A DNA stretch of 64,000 bases from an uncultured Bacteroidales bacterium (lineage in GTDB: Bacteria > Bacillota_I > Bacilli_A > RFN20 > CAG-826): the NCBI GenBank assembly GCA_963650805.1, contig CAVJMG010000006.1:21439-85438 (forward strand). The letters run 5' to 3'. The notes beneath the pieces were generated by a model that worked only from the letters and a program-made list of their open reading frames with translations, was not told where the DNA came from and searched no databases. A program made the translations under genes and the position numbers. Below are positions 9,801 to 24,016 of the stretch, one piece after another (positions within the stretch are counted from its first letter, which is position 1; each line of letters starts with the position of its first letter).

Positions 9801-10645
9801 ACAAAGGCGTCATCTCCAAAATCTTGCCGATTCAGGACATGCCCTTCCTTGCCGACGGCACCCCGATCGACATCCTCCTCTCCCCGATGGGCGTTCCTTC
9901 CCGTATGAACATCGGGCAGATTCTCGAGGTCCACTTAGGGCTTGCCTGCCGCAAATTGCAGATGAGGGTTGCCACCCCCGTCTTCGATGGCGTCAGCAAC
10001 GAGGAATTGTTCGAAATCATGAAGAAAGCCGGCCTCTCCGAAGATGGCAAGACCGTCCTCTATGATGGCCAAACCGGCGAACCCTTCGGCGAAAGGATCT
10101 CCGTCGGCGTCCAGTACATGATCAAACTCGTGCACATGGTCGACGACAAACTCCACGCCCGCGCCACCGGACCTTATTCTCTCGTCACCCAGCAGCCTTT
10201 GGGCGGCAAAGCCCAGAACGGCGGCCAGCGTTTCGGCGAGATGGAAGTCTGGGCCCTCGAAGCCTATGGCGCAGCCCATACCCTCCAGGAAATGCTCACC
10301 ATCAAGTCCGACGACCGCGTCGGCAGAAGGAGAGCCTACGAAGCGATCATCAAGCAGAAGCCCATCCCGACTCCCGGCATGCCCGAGGCCTTCAAAGTCT
10401 TGGTCAAGGAGCTTAAGGGCCTTTGCCTCAACGTCACTCTCTATAAGAAGGATGGCTCTCCCATCAACCTCGACGATCTCGCCAAGAAGGCCTTGATCGA
10501 AGAGAGGAAAGTCAATTCCTCCATCCGCAACGCCATGTCTCCGCGCGAGGAGGCCGCCGATCCTACCGCGACTGTGGAAGTCAGCAATGACCTCGCTGTC
10601 GAGGAAGGCTTGACCGTTTCCACCCGGGTCCCTGGTGAAGAATGA
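6839..10645 (+). CDS. rpoB: DNA-directed RNA polymerase subunit beta
   Basis: 1268 aa with canonical beta-subunit blocks ([42 protein letters not shown]). It ends with TGA. Confidence 0.98.
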   Translation: MPQEEKFDHQLLDYKDPNGESYPVGANGRINFSKISGKLPLPYLVEVQTDSYRWFLEKGLDEIFREVFPIANFANTLYIDYVSSRLEEPKYTPLECKAGDLTYSSKIKVTLRLILPTKEIKDAEVFMGELPLMTESGTFIVNGAERVIVSQIIRSPGGYFQDTIDKSGVHIYNGEIIPSRGTWLQFESDLKGVYYVRIDRQRKMPATTLFKALGFDKEEQLIELFGKSESLDLTLAKDKGIKTCAGALIDIFQKLKPGEPVTENGTIEFLVSKFFDEKRYDLGRAGRFKYAQKLGIYDRLPGRVLAEDLIDSHQEGEGYIVDDAGHTIDANGELVLPVTVYEKGHKLTKEEVQHLRDIEFFERGNYTVKLKAYEKLDTNSVVNIVHVYAEDKEGEQIVPIVGCDLNATISRVTISDMVACFSYFCNLQFGIGQTDDIDHLGNRRIRCVGELLQNQFRVGLSKMTKTVQQKMSISDFESMTPQSLVNIRPLTSSIREFFSSSQLSQFMDQVNPLAELTNKRRISALGPGGLTRDRASMEVRDVHYTHYGRICPIESPEGQNIGLINNLACYAKIDEHGFVETPFREVLHMNDGRSFVIEGDFKEDGEISYRARYLSADDERGTYVAEANIRLGEAVHLSSLYPNTERDCLVKEILDDKVVVRHDEDNVEIEKGKVDYVDVSPRQIVSIAAASIPFLDHDDATRALMGANMQRQALPLLSPEIPYVGTGMEQLIARDSGLAVVATKDGEVTYMDSKTIVTKSGKEKTTYALQKFDRTNNGTCMNQTPIVHVGDMVKKGDIIADGPAMRHGELALGHNVLVAYMTWHGYNYEDAIIMSERMVKDDVYTSVHIEKYEIECRDTKLGAEEITREVPNVGEDAKAFLDERGIIIPGAEVKEGDILVGKVTPKGQTEPTPEEKLLMAIFAEKTKEGKDSSLRVPHGGAGIVHAVKIFSRKNKDPLPPGVNMVVRVYIVQKRKISEGDKMSGRHGNKGVISKILPIQDMPFLADGTPIDILLSPMGVPSRMNIGQILEVHLGLACRKLQMRVATPVFDGVSNEELFEIMKKAGLSEDGKTVLYDGQTGEPFGERISVGVQYMIKLVHMVDDKLHARATGPYSLVTQQPLGGKAQNGGQRFGEMEVWALEAYGAAHTLQEMLTIKSDDRVGRRRAYEAIIKQKPIPTPGMPEAFKVLVKELKGLCLNVTLYKKDGSPINLDDLAKKALIEERKVNSSIRNAMSPREEAADPTATVEVSNDLAVEEGLTVSTRVPGEE

Positions 10646-10665
10646 AGGAAAGCGAGGTAATTAGA

Positions 10666-14736
<4,071 letters not shown>

Positions 14737-14746
14737 CCTTGAATTA

Positions 14747-14780
14747 AGCCCTCCCCCTTAACCCGGGGCGGGCTTTTTTA
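14747..14780 (+). terminator. Intrinsic terminator after rpoC
   Basis: AGCCCTCCCC pairs with GGGGCGGGCT (one mismatch) and is followed by TTTTTT (14774-14779). Confidence 0.8.
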
Positions 14781-14900
14781 GTGGGCAAGACAGCCGTTTG
14801 TCTTCAATATCAAGCTCCCGCAAATCACGGAAAACTATGTGCATAATGCACAAAATGATACACCGGGCCTTGTGGAGTGAAGAGAAATTGAAATTTCGTG

Positions 14901-14930
14901 TTGACAGGCCTATTAGCCGTGTTTTATCAT
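14901..14930 (+). promoter_or_regulatory. Promoter of the str operon (rpsL-rpsG-fusA-tuf)
   Basis: Consensus TTGACA (14901-14906), an 18-nt spacer, then TATCAT (14925-14930). Confidence 0.55.
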
Positions 14931-15029
14931 CACCCCCGGACGTAAGTAGAAGGCTTTTGCCCTTTTATTTACCCCGGTGCTGGATACACCGGGTATTGTG
15001 TGAATTGAAAATTAAGGAGAAACACAAAC

Positions 15030-15449
15030 ATGCCAACAATCAACCAACTCGTTAGGCAGGGCCGCAAGTCCGCGGTCAAGAAATCCAAGACCCCCGCTTT
15101 GGGGAAACGTTGGAACTCTTTGACCAAGCGCAACTCCAGCCAGCCCTCCGCCCAAAAACGTGGCGTCTGCACCCGTGTGGGCACCATGACCCCGAAAAAG
15201 CCGAACTCCGCTTTGAGGAAATACGCCCGTGTCCGCCTTTCTAACGGATACGAAGTCACCGCTTACATCGGCGGCGAAGGCCACAACCTCCAGGAGCACT
15301 CGACCGTCATGATCCGCGGCGGCCGTGTCAAGGACCTCCCGGGCGTTCGTTACCACATCATCCGCGGCTGCCTCGACTGCGCCGGGATCGATGCCAGAAG
15401 GCAGGGCCGTTCCCTTTATGGGACCAAGAAGCCCAAGGCCGCTAAGTAA
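15030..15449 (+). CDS. rpsL: 30S ribosomal protein S12
   Basis: [13 protein letters not shown]...KSPAL...[60 protein letters not shown]. Confidence 0.98.
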   Translation: MPTINQLVRQGRKSAVKKSKTPALGKRWNSLTKRNSSQPSAQKRGVCTRVGTMTPKKPNSALRKYARVRLSNGYEVTAYIGGEGHNLQEHSTVMIRGGRVKDLPGVRYHIIRGCLDCAGIDARRQGRSLYGTKKPKAAK

Positions 15450-15460
15450 GGAGAATCACC

Positions 15461-15931
15461 ATGCCAAGAAAAGGTTCTGTTGAAAAACGTGACGTTTTGC
15501 CCGATCCAGTTTATAACAGCAAACTCGTCACCCGCCTCATCAACCGCGTCATGTACGACGGGAAGAGGGGCACTGCCCAGTCCATCATCTACAAGGCCTT
15601 CGAGAAGATCGAAGCCAAGACTGGCAAACCCGCCATCGATGTCTTCGCCACCGCGATCAACAACATCATGCCGGAAGTCGAGCTGAAGGTCCGCCGCATC
15701 GGCGCCGCCAACTATCAGGTCCCGACCGAAGTCTCCAAGGAAAGAAAGCAAACCCTCGGCCTTCGCTGGCTCGTCACCTATTCCCGCCTCCGCGGCGAGA
15801 AGAGCATGGAAGACAAGCTCGCTGGCGAAATCATCGACGCCGCCAACGGCACCGGTGCTTCCGTCAAGAAGAAGGAAGACGTCCACAAGATGGCCGAAGC
15901 CAACAAGGCTTACGCCCATTATCGTTTCTAA
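15461..15931 (+). CDS. rpsG: 30S ribosomal protein S7
   Basis: MPRKG...KR.VLPDP.YNS.LVT.LIN..M.DGK...A..I.Y.A. 156 aa. Confidence 0.98.
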   Translation: MPRKGSVEKRDVLPDPVYNSKLVTRLINRVMYDGKRGTAQSIIYKAFEKIEAKTGKPAIDVFATAINNIMPEVELKVRRIGAANYQVPTEVSKERKQTLGLRWLVTYSRLRGEKSMEDKLAGEIIDAANGTGASVKKKEDVHKMAEANKAYAHYRF

Positions 15932-15950
15932 TTGACCTAGGAGAATCCCA

Positions 15951-18047
15951 ATGGCTGAGAACGAAATCAAAGAAACCGAAACTTACGATCTCCCTCATAC
16001 CCGTAACATCGGGATCATGGCGCACATCGACGCTGGCAAAACCACGACGACTGAGCGCATCCTCTATTACACCGGGCGCACGCACAAGATCGGCGAGGTC
16101 CACGAAGGGACCGCGACGATGGACTGGATGGAAGAGGAGCAGGAGAGGGGTATCACCATCACCTCTTCCGCGACCACTTGCTTCTGGAAGGGCACCCGCT
16201 TCAACATCATCGACACTCCGGGGCACGTCGACTTCACCGTCGAAGTCGAGCGCTCCCTCCGCGTCCTTGACGGCGCCATCACCGTCCTCGACTCCAAAAA
16301 CGGCGTCGAGCCCCAGACCGAGACCGTCTGGCGTCAAGGCACCAAATACGGCGTTCCCCGCATCGTCTTCTGCAACAAGATGGACGCTACCGGAGCCGAC
16401 TTCGATATGTGCGTCGAGTCCATCCATTCCCGCTTGGGCGAGAAGCACGCCGACGCCGTCCAATGCCCGATCGGCAAGGAAGGCAACTTCAAGGGCTGCA
16501 TCGACGTCATCGAGCGCAAAGCCTATATCTATGAATCCGATAAGGACGAAGCCCCGAAGGTGACCGATGTCCCCGAGGAATATAAGGAAAGGGTCGAGAA
16601 TTATCGCCAGATCCTCCTCGAAGACCTCGCTTCCTTCGACGATGAGATCATGATGCTCGTCCTCGACGGCGAAGACGTCCCCGTCGACATGATCAAAGCC
16701 GCCATCCGCAAAGCCGTTTTGACCGGAACCTTCTTCCCCGTCTTCTGCGGCTCCGCCTACAAGAACAAGTGCATCCAGCCTCTTCTTGACGCCGTCGTCG
16801 ATTATCTCCCCTCCCCGCTCGATATTCCGGGCGAGAAAGGGACCCTCGAAGGCGAACCCTACGTCTGCGTTCCCGATGACAAGAAGCCCTTCATCGGCCT
16901 TGCCTTCAAGATCGCGACCGACCCCTTCATCGGACGTTTGGCCTATGTCCGCGTCTACCAGGGCGTCCTCAAGAGCGGCAGCTATGTCCTCAATTCCACC
17001 AGCAACACCAAGGAGCGTATTGCCCGTTTGGTGTTGATGCACGCCAACCACCGTCAGGAAGTCTCCGTCCTCCACGCGGGTGAGATCGGCGCCGTCGTCG
17101 GACTTAAGTCCACGACCACCGGTGACACCCTCTGCGACGAAGAGGAACCCGTCATCCTCGAGCAGCTCACCTTCCCCGAGCCGGTTCTTGAAGAGGCCGT
17201 TGAGCCCAAGACCAAAGCCGACCAGGAGAAGATGTCCATCGCCCTCACCAAACTCGCCGAAGAGGATCCGACCTTCCGCGTCCACACCGACGCCGATTCC
17301 GGTCAGACCATCATTGCTGGCGTTGGCGAGCTCCAGCTCGACGTCTTGGTTGAGCGTATGCGCCGCGAGTTCAAAGTCGACGTCAATGTCGGCGCTCCGC
17401 AGGTCAACTACCGCGAAACCATCCGCAAGACCGGCGAAGCCGAAGGCCGCTACATCAAGCAGACCGGCGGCCACGGTCAATACGGCGACGTTTGGATCCG
17501 CTTCGAACCCAACCCCGGCAAAGGCTTCGAATTCGTCGATGCCATCGTTGGCGGCTCGGTTCCTAAGGAATTCATCAAGCCGACCCAGCAAGGTTTGGAA
17601 GACGCGCTCCAGCGCGGCGTCCTCGCCGGCTACCCCCTCATCGACATCAAAGCCACCCTCTTCGACGGGTCCTACCACGATGTCGACTCCTCCGAAGCCG
17701 CTTATAAAGTCGCGGCTTCCATGGCCCTCAAAGCGGCCGCTCCGAAGTGCGACCCGGTCATCCTCGAGCCTATCATGAAGGTTGAGATCACCGTCCCCGA
17801 ACAGTATTACGGCGACGTCATCGGCGATATCGCCCGCAGACGCGGCAACATGGTCGGGGAAACTCAGCGCGGAAACGCCAAGGAAGTGGAGTGCGAAGTC
17901 CCGCTCGCCGAAATGTTCGGCTACGTCACCGACCTTCGCTCCATCACCCAAGGCCGCGGCAACTTCACGATGCAGTTCGACCACTATGGCGAAACCCCGA
18001 GGTTCGTCCAGGACGCCATCATCAAGAAGGCCAACGGAGGCAAATAA
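15951..18047 (+). CDS. fusA: Translation elongation factor G
   Basis: [34 protein letters not shown] and NKMD are present. 698 aa. Confidence 0.98.
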   Translation: MAENEIKETETYDLPHTRNIGIMAHIDAGKTTTTERILYYTGRTHKIGEVHEGTATMDWMEEEQERGITITSSATTCFWKGTRFNIIDTPGHVDFTVEVERSLRVLDGAITVLDSKNGVEPQTETVWRQGTKYGVPRIVFCNKMDATGADFDMCVESIHSRLGEKHADAVQCPIGKEGNFKGCIDVIERKAYIYESDKDEAPKVTDVPEEYKERVENYRQILLEDLASFDDEIMMLVLDGEDVPVDMIKAAIRKAVLTGTFFPVFCGSAYKNKCIQPLLDAVVDYLPSPLDIPGEKGTLEGEPYVCVPDDKKPFIGLAFKIATDPFIGRLAYVRVYQGVLKSGSYVLNSTSNTKERIARLVLMHANHRQEVSVLHAGEIGAVVGLKSTTTGDTLCDEEEPVILEQLTFPEPVLEEAVEPKTKADQEKMSIALTKLAEEDPTFRVHTDADSGQTIIAGVGELQLDVLVERMRREFKVDVNVGAPQVNYRETIRKTGEAEGRYIKQTGGHGQYGDVWIRFEPNPGKGFEFVDAIVGGSVPKEFIKPTQQGLEDALQRGVLAGYPLIDIKATLFDGSYHDVDSSEAAYKVAASMALKAAAPKCDPVILEPIMKVEITVPEQYYGDVIGDIARRRGNMVGETQRGNAKEVECEVPLAEMFGYVTDLRSITQGRGNFTMQFDHYGETPRFVQDAIIKKANGGK

Positions 18048-18168
18048 GCTTCTGCGTTTAGTCCAAGGCACGGGGAATTCCAATACTTATTAGTATTGCT
18101 TCCCCGCCCCCCTTGTCCTAATATTTATTCGCCAATTTCGAAAACACCATTTTTGGAGGAAATAACAA

Positions 18169-19386
18169 ATGGCAAAAGAAAAGTTCAACCGTGACCGCGT
18201 TCACATGAACGTTGGTACCATCGGCCACGTTGACCACGGCAAGACCACCCTTACCGCGGCCATCACCCACTACCTTTCCATGGTCGGAAAAGCCACCAAT
18301 GGCGCCGAAGGAAACGCTGTCGACAAAGCTTATGGCGACATCGACTCCAGCCCCGAGGAAAGGGCTCGTGGCATTACGATCAACTCCGCCCACGAAGAAT
18401 ACGAGACCAAGAAGCGTCACTACGCCCACGTCGACTGCCCGGGGCACGCTGACTACGTCAAGAACATGATCACCGGCGCCGCCCAGATGGACGCCGCCAT
18501 CCTCGTTGTCGCCGCCACCGACGGCGTCATGCCCCAGACCCGTGAGCACGTCTTGCTCGCCCGCCAGGTCGGCGTTCCTTACATTGTCGTCTTCCTCAAC
18601 AAGTGCGATATGGTCGACGATCCCGAGCTCATCGACCTCGTTGAGATGGATGTCCGTGACCTCCTTTCCAAATACGGCTTCCCCGGTGACGAAATCCCCG
18701 TCATCAAAGGCTCCGCCCTCAAAGCCGGCCAAGCCACCTCTTTGGATGATCCCAACTGCGCTTGCATCAAAGAGCTCCTCGAAGCCCTCGACACCTATGT
18801 CCCCGACCCCGAGCGCGACACCGACAAGCCCTTCCTTCTCCCGATCGAAGACGTTATGACCATCTCCGGCCGTGGCACCGTCGTTACTGGCCGCGTCGAG
18901 CGTGGTCAGATCAAGATGAACGACGAAGCTGAAATCGTTGGCATCAAGCCGACCCAGAAGACCGTCGTCACCGGCCTCGAAATGTTCCGCAAGACCCTTG
19001 ACTTCGCCCAGTCCGGCGACAACATCGGCGCCCTCCTCCGTGGCATCACCCACGACCAGGTCGAGCGTGGTCAGGTCCTTGCCAAGCCCGGGTCCATCAT
19101 CCCCCACGACAAGTTCACCGCGACGACCTACATCCTCACCAAAGAGGAAGGCGGCCGCCACACTCACTTCCTCAACGGCTATCGTCCTCAATTCTTCTTC
19201 CGCACCACTGACATCACCGGCACCATCGAGCTCCCCGCTGGGACCGACATGGTTATGCCTGGTGACCACGTCACCTTCACGGTTGATCTCATCCACGCGA
19301 TCGCCATGGAGAAAGGCACCAAGTTCTCCATCCGCGAAGGCGGCAGGACTGTTGGCGCCGGCACCGTCGCCGAGATTCTTCATTGA
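18169..19386 (+). CDS. tuf: Translation elongation factor Tu
   Basis: MAKEKF.R...[29 protein letters not shown] and NKCD are present. 405 aa. Confidence 0.98.
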   Translation: MAKEKFNRDRVHMNVGTIGHVDHGKTTLTAAITHYLSMVGKATNGAEGNAVDKAYGDIDSSPEERARGITINSAHEEYETKKRHYAHVDCPGHADYVKNMITGAAQMDAAILVVAATDGVMPQTREHVLLARQVGVPYIVVFLNKCDMVDDPELIDLVEMDVRDLLSKYGFPGDEIPVIKGSALKAGQATSLDDPNCACIKELLEALDTYVPDPERDTDKPFLLPIEDVMTISGRGTVVTGRVERGQIKMNDEAEIVGIKPTQKTVVTGLEMFRKTLDFAQSGDNIGALLRGITHDQVERGQVLAKPGSIIPHDKFTATTYILTKEEGGRHTHFLNGYRPQFFFRTTDITGTIELPAGTDMVMPGDHVTFTVDLIHAIAMEKGTKFSIREGGRTVGAGTVAEILH

Positions 19387-19408
19387 TCCGACGGCTTGAT
19401 TGCCATCT

Positions 19409-19436
19409 AAGCCCCTCTTCGGAGGGGCTTTTCTAA
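19409..19436 (+). terminator. Intrinsic terminator after tuf
   Basis: AAGCCCCTC-TTCG-GAGGGGCTT followed by TTCT. Confidence 0.85.
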
Positions 19437-19507
19437 TGGCTCTTTAAACTTCGAGATGGTTTGGCCAAAATCAACCAAATAGAGCTTTAAACCCACAGTG
19501 GCTTGGG

Positions 19508-19535
19508 AAAAGCGGCTTCAAGGCCGCTTTTTCTC
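19508..19535 (+). terminator. Second terminator-like hairpin about 70 nt downstream of the tuf terminator
   Basis: AAAAGCGGC-TTCAAG-GCCGCTTTT followed by TCTC. Confidence 0.6.
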
Positions 19536-19953
19536 ATGTTGCCATAAGAAGATGCCTTTGAAATGTGGGCCGTTCTCCGTTGTCTTAAACTAACCGAAAC
19601 TATAAACAACAAGGTGGCCGGCGGAAATTTCAAATGACTTTATAATAAAAGAGTCAGATTTCCTCAGATTGATACTTTAAGATATAACAGATAAGACAAT
19701 TTCTATTGTATTTAAAGCGTTAGGACTATATCCTAACTAAGTGGTATTTGCATGAGGCAAGTCAATTTGTTTTTAAGCGCAGTTTCCTCTTTGCCGTTCT
19801 TGTTCCGATCCAAGCTAGAGCAAAACCTTTATATGACTGCAAAAAGCCTTCGTTCTTTTGCCTCCTCTTATTGCGATTTCCCCGATTGGCGTGATTTAAA
19901 TTGCTACTTTGATATTCTCGATTACAACAGCGGTGGCGGAGGGTTTGTTATTT

Positions 19954-20616
19954 ATGGCTATGCCGAATAACAAATGTTTTTTAAGCCACACTCCAATTGC
20001 CCATGGGTTTTTGATACTAGGTTTGTTATTAATTTCGTGTGCTCCCGTGAAACCTCAAATTGGTTATCCCTTGGAGGGGTACTGGGTCGTTAAACCGACG
20101 TATGTTCACTTTAGTTGCTGTTTAGATAATCAAATGAATGCGTATGCCGGGGAACTTGCTGACATCTTTAGCAAAAATAAACTGCATTGTTCGCCTATGG
20201 GTGAGGCGACTTCGGACGTGTTTAGGCTCGATTGGAATGGACCTTATTACGTTGACGGCACATCGGGTGAGGTCGCGGTTACTTTTTGGTGGGAACTAAC
20301 GGGTTTCATGGAGGGTGCCGTTTGGTCACAAACGGGCGATAGATTTGAAATCCATTTTTATTGTGATGATGTTGATTCAACTCGTTGGCTTTCAATCTTT
20401 TTCTGCTCTGAATCAGAAGATTCGATTTCAATGTGCGTTTATTCATCTCCAAAACGGAATATCTCCCCTTCCTTGTCCGAAAGTTCTTTCTCAAACAACG
20501 GATACGAATACGCGGATGTCCCGACTCTACTGGCGGATTATCGGTTGCTAATCATTCATTATGAATACGTCTCAAGACAAGAAAACTCCTCGTTTTCGCC
20601 TTTACTGCCTTTGTAA
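19954..20616 (+). CDS. Putative lipoprotein, function unknown
   Basis: Signal peptide MAMPNNKCFLSHTPIAHGFLILGLLLISC has the lipobox LISC. Codon usage is AT-rich. ATG 19954 is preferred over the track TTG at 19909. Confidence 0.6.
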   Translation: MAMPNNKCFLSHTPIAHGFLILGLLLISCAPVKPQIGYPLEGYWVVKPTYVHFSCCLDNQMNAYAGELADIFSKNKLHCSPMGEATSDVFRLDWNGPYYVDGTSGEVAVTFWWELTGFMEGAVWSQTGDRFEIHFYCDDVDSTRWLSIFFCSESEDSISMCVYSSPKRNISPSLSESSFSNNGYEYADVPTLLADYRLLIIHYEYVSRQENSSFSPLLPL

Positions 20617-20748
20617 AAGCCAATCTTGCATTTGGTTCACTTGCGCTTAATTAGCGCCGCCCATCTTGACTCCTTCCTTGACAAAAATGGTCCCGATATA
20701 AAAATGACGTTATGATTTTGAGCTTAAGTCTTGGCGGGAGATAAATCC

Positions 20749-22017
20749 ATGACGAAACGCGGCTTTCTGGTTCTTTTGCTCACTATCCCTCTTTCTTCGT
20801 GCTCAACGTCAGACGTTCAATACGTTTTCAACCTTCCGCAAGGGCAAAGCGAAGGATGCTTGTTTTATAAAGGACTTACGAAATCGTATTCAAATGGGTC
20901 AGGTTTATCGTATTTGGTAGAATTCGTTGACTATGATGGCAATCGTTACAATTTGACCAGCCATTCAACACAGAATACTTTTTTCGCATTGCCGGAAAAT
21001 GAGCTTCTTGTTGTCAGCGCGTGTAAGGACGTTGGGAAATCTCTTATTTTTAAGTATAGGTATTTATTCGGGGATCACTCTATTCTTGCATCATTCGAAA
21101 ACGCTTTCCTAAGCGTTGATTTATTGTCGGGAGGAGCGATTTCAATCAGCGATGATCAGACGTCGTTTGTTTTTGAAGGGGGCAATACATATAGTTTACC
21201 AGGCAGAGTTTTATGGCTAGGAAAAGATTACGCGTTGACGGTGCCACCACATTCTTCTTCGTCAGACTATAACTATAACGTTTTCACTTTGTACGAAAGA
21301 TCGAATGGCGCTTTTCAAGAAAAAGGAGACATTCAAAAACCTACGGGGAATTGGCCTCCCATCGTCGTGAACTCCGATGCTTTATCCAATGAATGCGTTA
21401 TTAAAAACGATGATTACAGTTCCAAATGTTATAGGTTTAACGCAAGCGATTTCGAAAAAGGATTTGTTGAAGATCAAACAACCAATTATATAAAAACATA
21501 CTCCGGTAAACTAAACATCGCGTACCGCGGGTTAAGCAACGGATCCACCACGCCTGTAGACTATTATGAAACTTCTACTTACGCTATTAACGATGAAGGT
21601 TTAATCATCCATTGGCAAAATGGAGCGGAAGAGGCCATATCACTGACAAAATACGATGAAAGTGTTCCGGAAGTCGTGTATTTGAAGGAGGCCGATTTGC
21701 TGCAAATAAAGTACGATTACAAGCATATTTTTACTTATAATCGCAAAAACAAGGAGTTGTCACAATCTGGATGCTTATTTGACATTTGCCCAATGTCGTC
21801 TCGATACACTTTGTGGGAAAACGATTCTTACCGTTTCGTTGTGCAAAACCACACTTATAAGAGGCTGGGTCCCGGAGACCATGCTAGGGAGAGCTACTTA
21901 ATAAGAGAGAACAAAGTCACAGGCGCCGTCGAAAGAATGCGAGAGCTAAGCCTTGGCTTTTTTGTGGATTATTGCTATCCGTATTCGTTTGACTACGTTG
22001 ATACATCGGCGGAATAA
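20749..22017 (+). CDS. Putative lipoprotein, paralog A of 24013..25281
   Basis: MTKRGFLVLLLTIPLSSC has the lipobox LSSC. It aligns along its full length with the protein at 24013..25281 through shared blocks NLPQG.SEG..FY.GL, LSGGA, PGRVLWLGK, SKGF.E..T.NYI.TY, IFTYNR..KEL..SGC, MSS.YTLWEND.Y.F.VQN.TY..LGPG and YCYPYSF. Confidence 0.75.
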   Translation: MTKRGFLVLLLTIPLSSCSTSDVQYVFNLPQGQSEGCLFYKGLTKSYSNGSGLSYLVEFVDYDGNRYNLTSHSTQNTFFALPENELLVVSACKDVGKSLIFKYRYLFGDHSILASFENAFLSVDLLSGGAISISDDQTSFVFEGGNTYSLPGRVLWLGKDYALTVPPHSSSSDYNYNVFTLYERSNGAFQEKGDIQKPTGNWPPIVVNSDALSNECVIKNDDYSSKCYRFNASDFEKGFVEDQTTNYIKTYSGKLNIAYRGLSNGSTTPVDYYETSTYAINDEGLIIHWQNGAEEAISLTKYDESVPEVVYLKEADLLQIKYDYKHIFTYNRKNKELSQSGCLFDICPMSSRYTLWENDSYRFVVQNHTYKRLGPGDHARESYLIRENKVTGAVERMRELSLGFFVDYCYPYSFDYVDTSAE

Positions 22018-22237
22018 TCTAGCCTAAATGATTGCCATAAATTCAGTTTGTGTCCCGTTAGAGTTTTAAAGCAAATCGTCGTTGGTGCTTTTTGTCCGTT
22101 AAAATGAGAACATCCAAATAACGTTGAGCGAAGAGGCGGTGCTTTTTTGCTATGCGCATTCTTACTGAAATTCTTTTTCCGCACATATGAGGAGAACAAT
22201 GCCTTGACAAAGAATTATTGCGTTTCAATATTTAATT

Positions 22238-24016
22238 ATGGTTTTAGAATTTTTGGTAGTAGGGATAACCGCTATTTCTTCTGTTTTCCAAAGCGAAGTC
22301 GTTTTCTCTTCAAATGCCGACTTTTCGGAAGAAGAATCCTTTCATTCGGCCTTGGCAAATGAGGCGATGATTTCCGATTGTGCCTCGGTTACCGTTTTTA
22401 TGCACGGCTTAGGCGGATCAGCCTATGATTGGATAAGCGGTCCGCAAGATGACGAATTTCCGCGTTTGGACAACGAGAAAAATGGAGCGAAAGATGATAA
22501 CGGTAGTTATGTGTTTAAAAATCATGGGTATTTGCCGTTTGATCTTAGCAATTCTATTTATATAGTAAATAAGGATTCGATAATTGAAAAAGCTACGCTA
22601 GATGAGTATGGCTATTATCAATATGTGGGATCCGACCCCTTTCAGATTAATTTAAACGAGCATCTAGTAGTTCTTTTCGATCAAGGTTATTCTTCTGGAT
22701 ACGTTTCAACGCTTGATAAATATCATGATTTTGAAAAGGCTATCGACAGTTTGTTATATAAGTATTATGAAACAACGTCCATAATACCGAAGATCAATTT
22801 GGTCGGCCATTCTCTAGGTGGAACAATAAACACGATGTATGCTATTGAGCATCCTGCTTTGGTGTCGAATTTAATCAGCATTGGTACTCCGCATTTGGGT
22901 TCGAGATGGGCTGAGTCGCTGGATGCTTTTCAGAAGGTCGGAAACGCCAATCACGTAAGCAATACTAAGGACATCATTGACCCCTCGTTTTATTTGGACG
23001 TTTTGCAAAAGTGGCTGAAGGTGAAAGAGGAGAATCCCATCAGCGCCGTGGCGATAGCCTGCACCCAATCTTATGAGTTCTTCGCCGAGTCTATTGACCG
23101 CGCGATTGCGGAGCAGGACCCGATTCTCGCCAAGATGTGCAGCGTGTTCTCCCCGCTTCGCGACGTTATCGACATCTTTAAGATAAACGAAGTGTTCAAC
23201 GTATTTGTCAATGAGTTTCTTTCGACCACCGTCCAGACGTTGAAAGACACGGCGAAGGCCACGGAGTTTGCGGCTAGGATCATGACCATCTTTGTTGGGG
23301 ACGATAGCTACAGCAAAAGGCTGGCCGATGCCTTGGCCTCCTTCGTTCAGATATTGGCGTGCGATTTTCAGGATGATACTGTGATGGGTTCGGTTTTAGC
23401 CGACTGTTGCGTGGAGGCCGAATCGCAAAAAGGGGCGAAATTCGTGAACGGCCAGATGAGGGATTTCGGTTTCGATACAGTCTCCATTCATTTCACAAGC
23501 GGGGCTTACAATTACGAAAGGGCCGAATTCAACGAGCCGGGTTTCCTTCATAACTTTGAGCCAAAGGCCCCTGAAGTCGTTTCTAGGGTCCGTGCCATTC
23601 TAAAAAGGACGTCAGAGAATTTTCATGTTCATAACTTTGGGCTTGCTAAGGACGATTCGTCGCATTGGGCTTTATGCGATTGCGGCGCGAAAGTGCATGC
23701 TCGGAATCACAGCCTATTGGCAATCAACACAACGAACGATTTTGAATATTATAGATGTGGATGCGGCTATGAAACGGCCAGAAAACATGCGAAGAAATAT
23801 CGGTCTTTCGATACAAATGAGCACGTCTTCTACTGCTCAAATTGCGGATTCGTTGGAACCGAAAGCCATTCGCTTTATTATTTGGATTCGACGAAGTCAA
23901 AACACATGGCGCAATGCGATTGCGGATACTCTGCCGAAGAGACGCACGCCTGGTTCAAGAGAAGATGCACTAAATGCAATCGGAGCAGCCAATCGCAGTG
24001 GGAGATAAAACCGTGA
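22238..24016 (+). CDS. Exported alpha/beta-hydrolase (lipase/esterase-like) with a C-terminal His/Cys zinc-knuckle-like repeat array
   Basis: Contains the oxyanion-type VFMHGLGGS and the nucleophile elbow LVGHSLGGT (G-H-S-x-G), with a hydrophobic N-terminus (LEFLVVGITAISSVF). The C-terminal 130 aa carry 4-5 H-x3-C-x(1,2)-C-G-x(3-6)-H units. No SD is present, so the start is uncertain. Confidence 0.75.
   Translation: MVLEFLVVGITAISSVFQSEVVFSSNADFSEEESFHSALANEAMISDCASVTVFMHGLGGSAYDWISGPQDDEFPRLDNEKNGAKDDNGSYVFKNHGYLPFDLSNSIYIVNKDSIIEKATLDEYGYYQYVGSDPFQINLNEHLVVLFDQGYSSGYVSTLDKYHDFEKAIDSLLYKYYETTSIIPKINLVGHSLGGTINTMYAIEHPALVSNLISIGTPHLGSRWAESLDAFQKVGNANHVSNTKDIIDPSFYLDVLQKWLKVKEENPISAVAIACTQSYEFFAESIDRAIAEQDPILAKMCSVFSPLRDVIDIFKINEVFNVFVNEFLSTTVQTLKDTAKATEFAARIMTIFVGDDSYSKRLADALASFVQILACDFQDDTVMGSVLADCCVEAESQKGAKFVNGQMRDFGFDTVSIHFTSGAYNYERAEFNEPGFLHNFEPKAPEVVSRVRAILKRTSENFHVHNFGLAKDDSSHWALCDCGAKVHARNHSLLAINTTNDFEYYRCGCGYETARKHAKKYRSFDTNEHVFYCSNCGFVGTESHSLYYLDSTKSKHMAQCDCGYSAEETHAWFKRRCTKCNRSSQSQWEIKP

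Noticed and set aside
7148-9934. 928-aa ORF antisense to rpoB. Similar long antisense or off-frame ORFs occur at 11527..14727, 15864..18083, 18118..19383, 4345..5133, 34168..35274, 36257..37864 and 55858..57240.
   Set aside because: All lie inside well-supported conserved genes. Their translations are low-complexity (Gly/Asp/Val/Ala/Glu-rich) with no recognisable motifs. They are the expected stop-free shadow frames produced by strong C-ending codon bias on the sense strand.
10642-10665. rpoC start at ATG 10642, overlapping the rpoB stop
   Set aside because: It is possible, but ATG 10666 has a properly spaced GAGGT ribosome-binding site. The 8 extra residues (MKESEVIR) are not part of conserved beta' N-termini. 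It is kept as an alternative only.
18071-18106. Hairpin between fusA and tuf as a terminator
   Set aside because: The imperfect stem (CGGGGAA..CAATACT / AGTATTG..TTCCCCG) is followed by a C-rich rather than a U-rich tract. It is more likely an RNA processing or stability element, and fusA-tuf co-transcription is expected.
19752-19970. 72-aa ORF in the AT-rich region after tuf
   Set aside because: It has no RBS, an odd composition and no motif. It overlaps the better-supported lipoprotein start region, so it is probably a chance ORF.
22147-22362. 71-aa ORF overlapping the start of the hydrolase gene in another frame
   Set aside because: It is Phe/Arg-rich and low-complexity with no RBS. It overlaps the hydrolase ORF, which has clear catalytic motifs.
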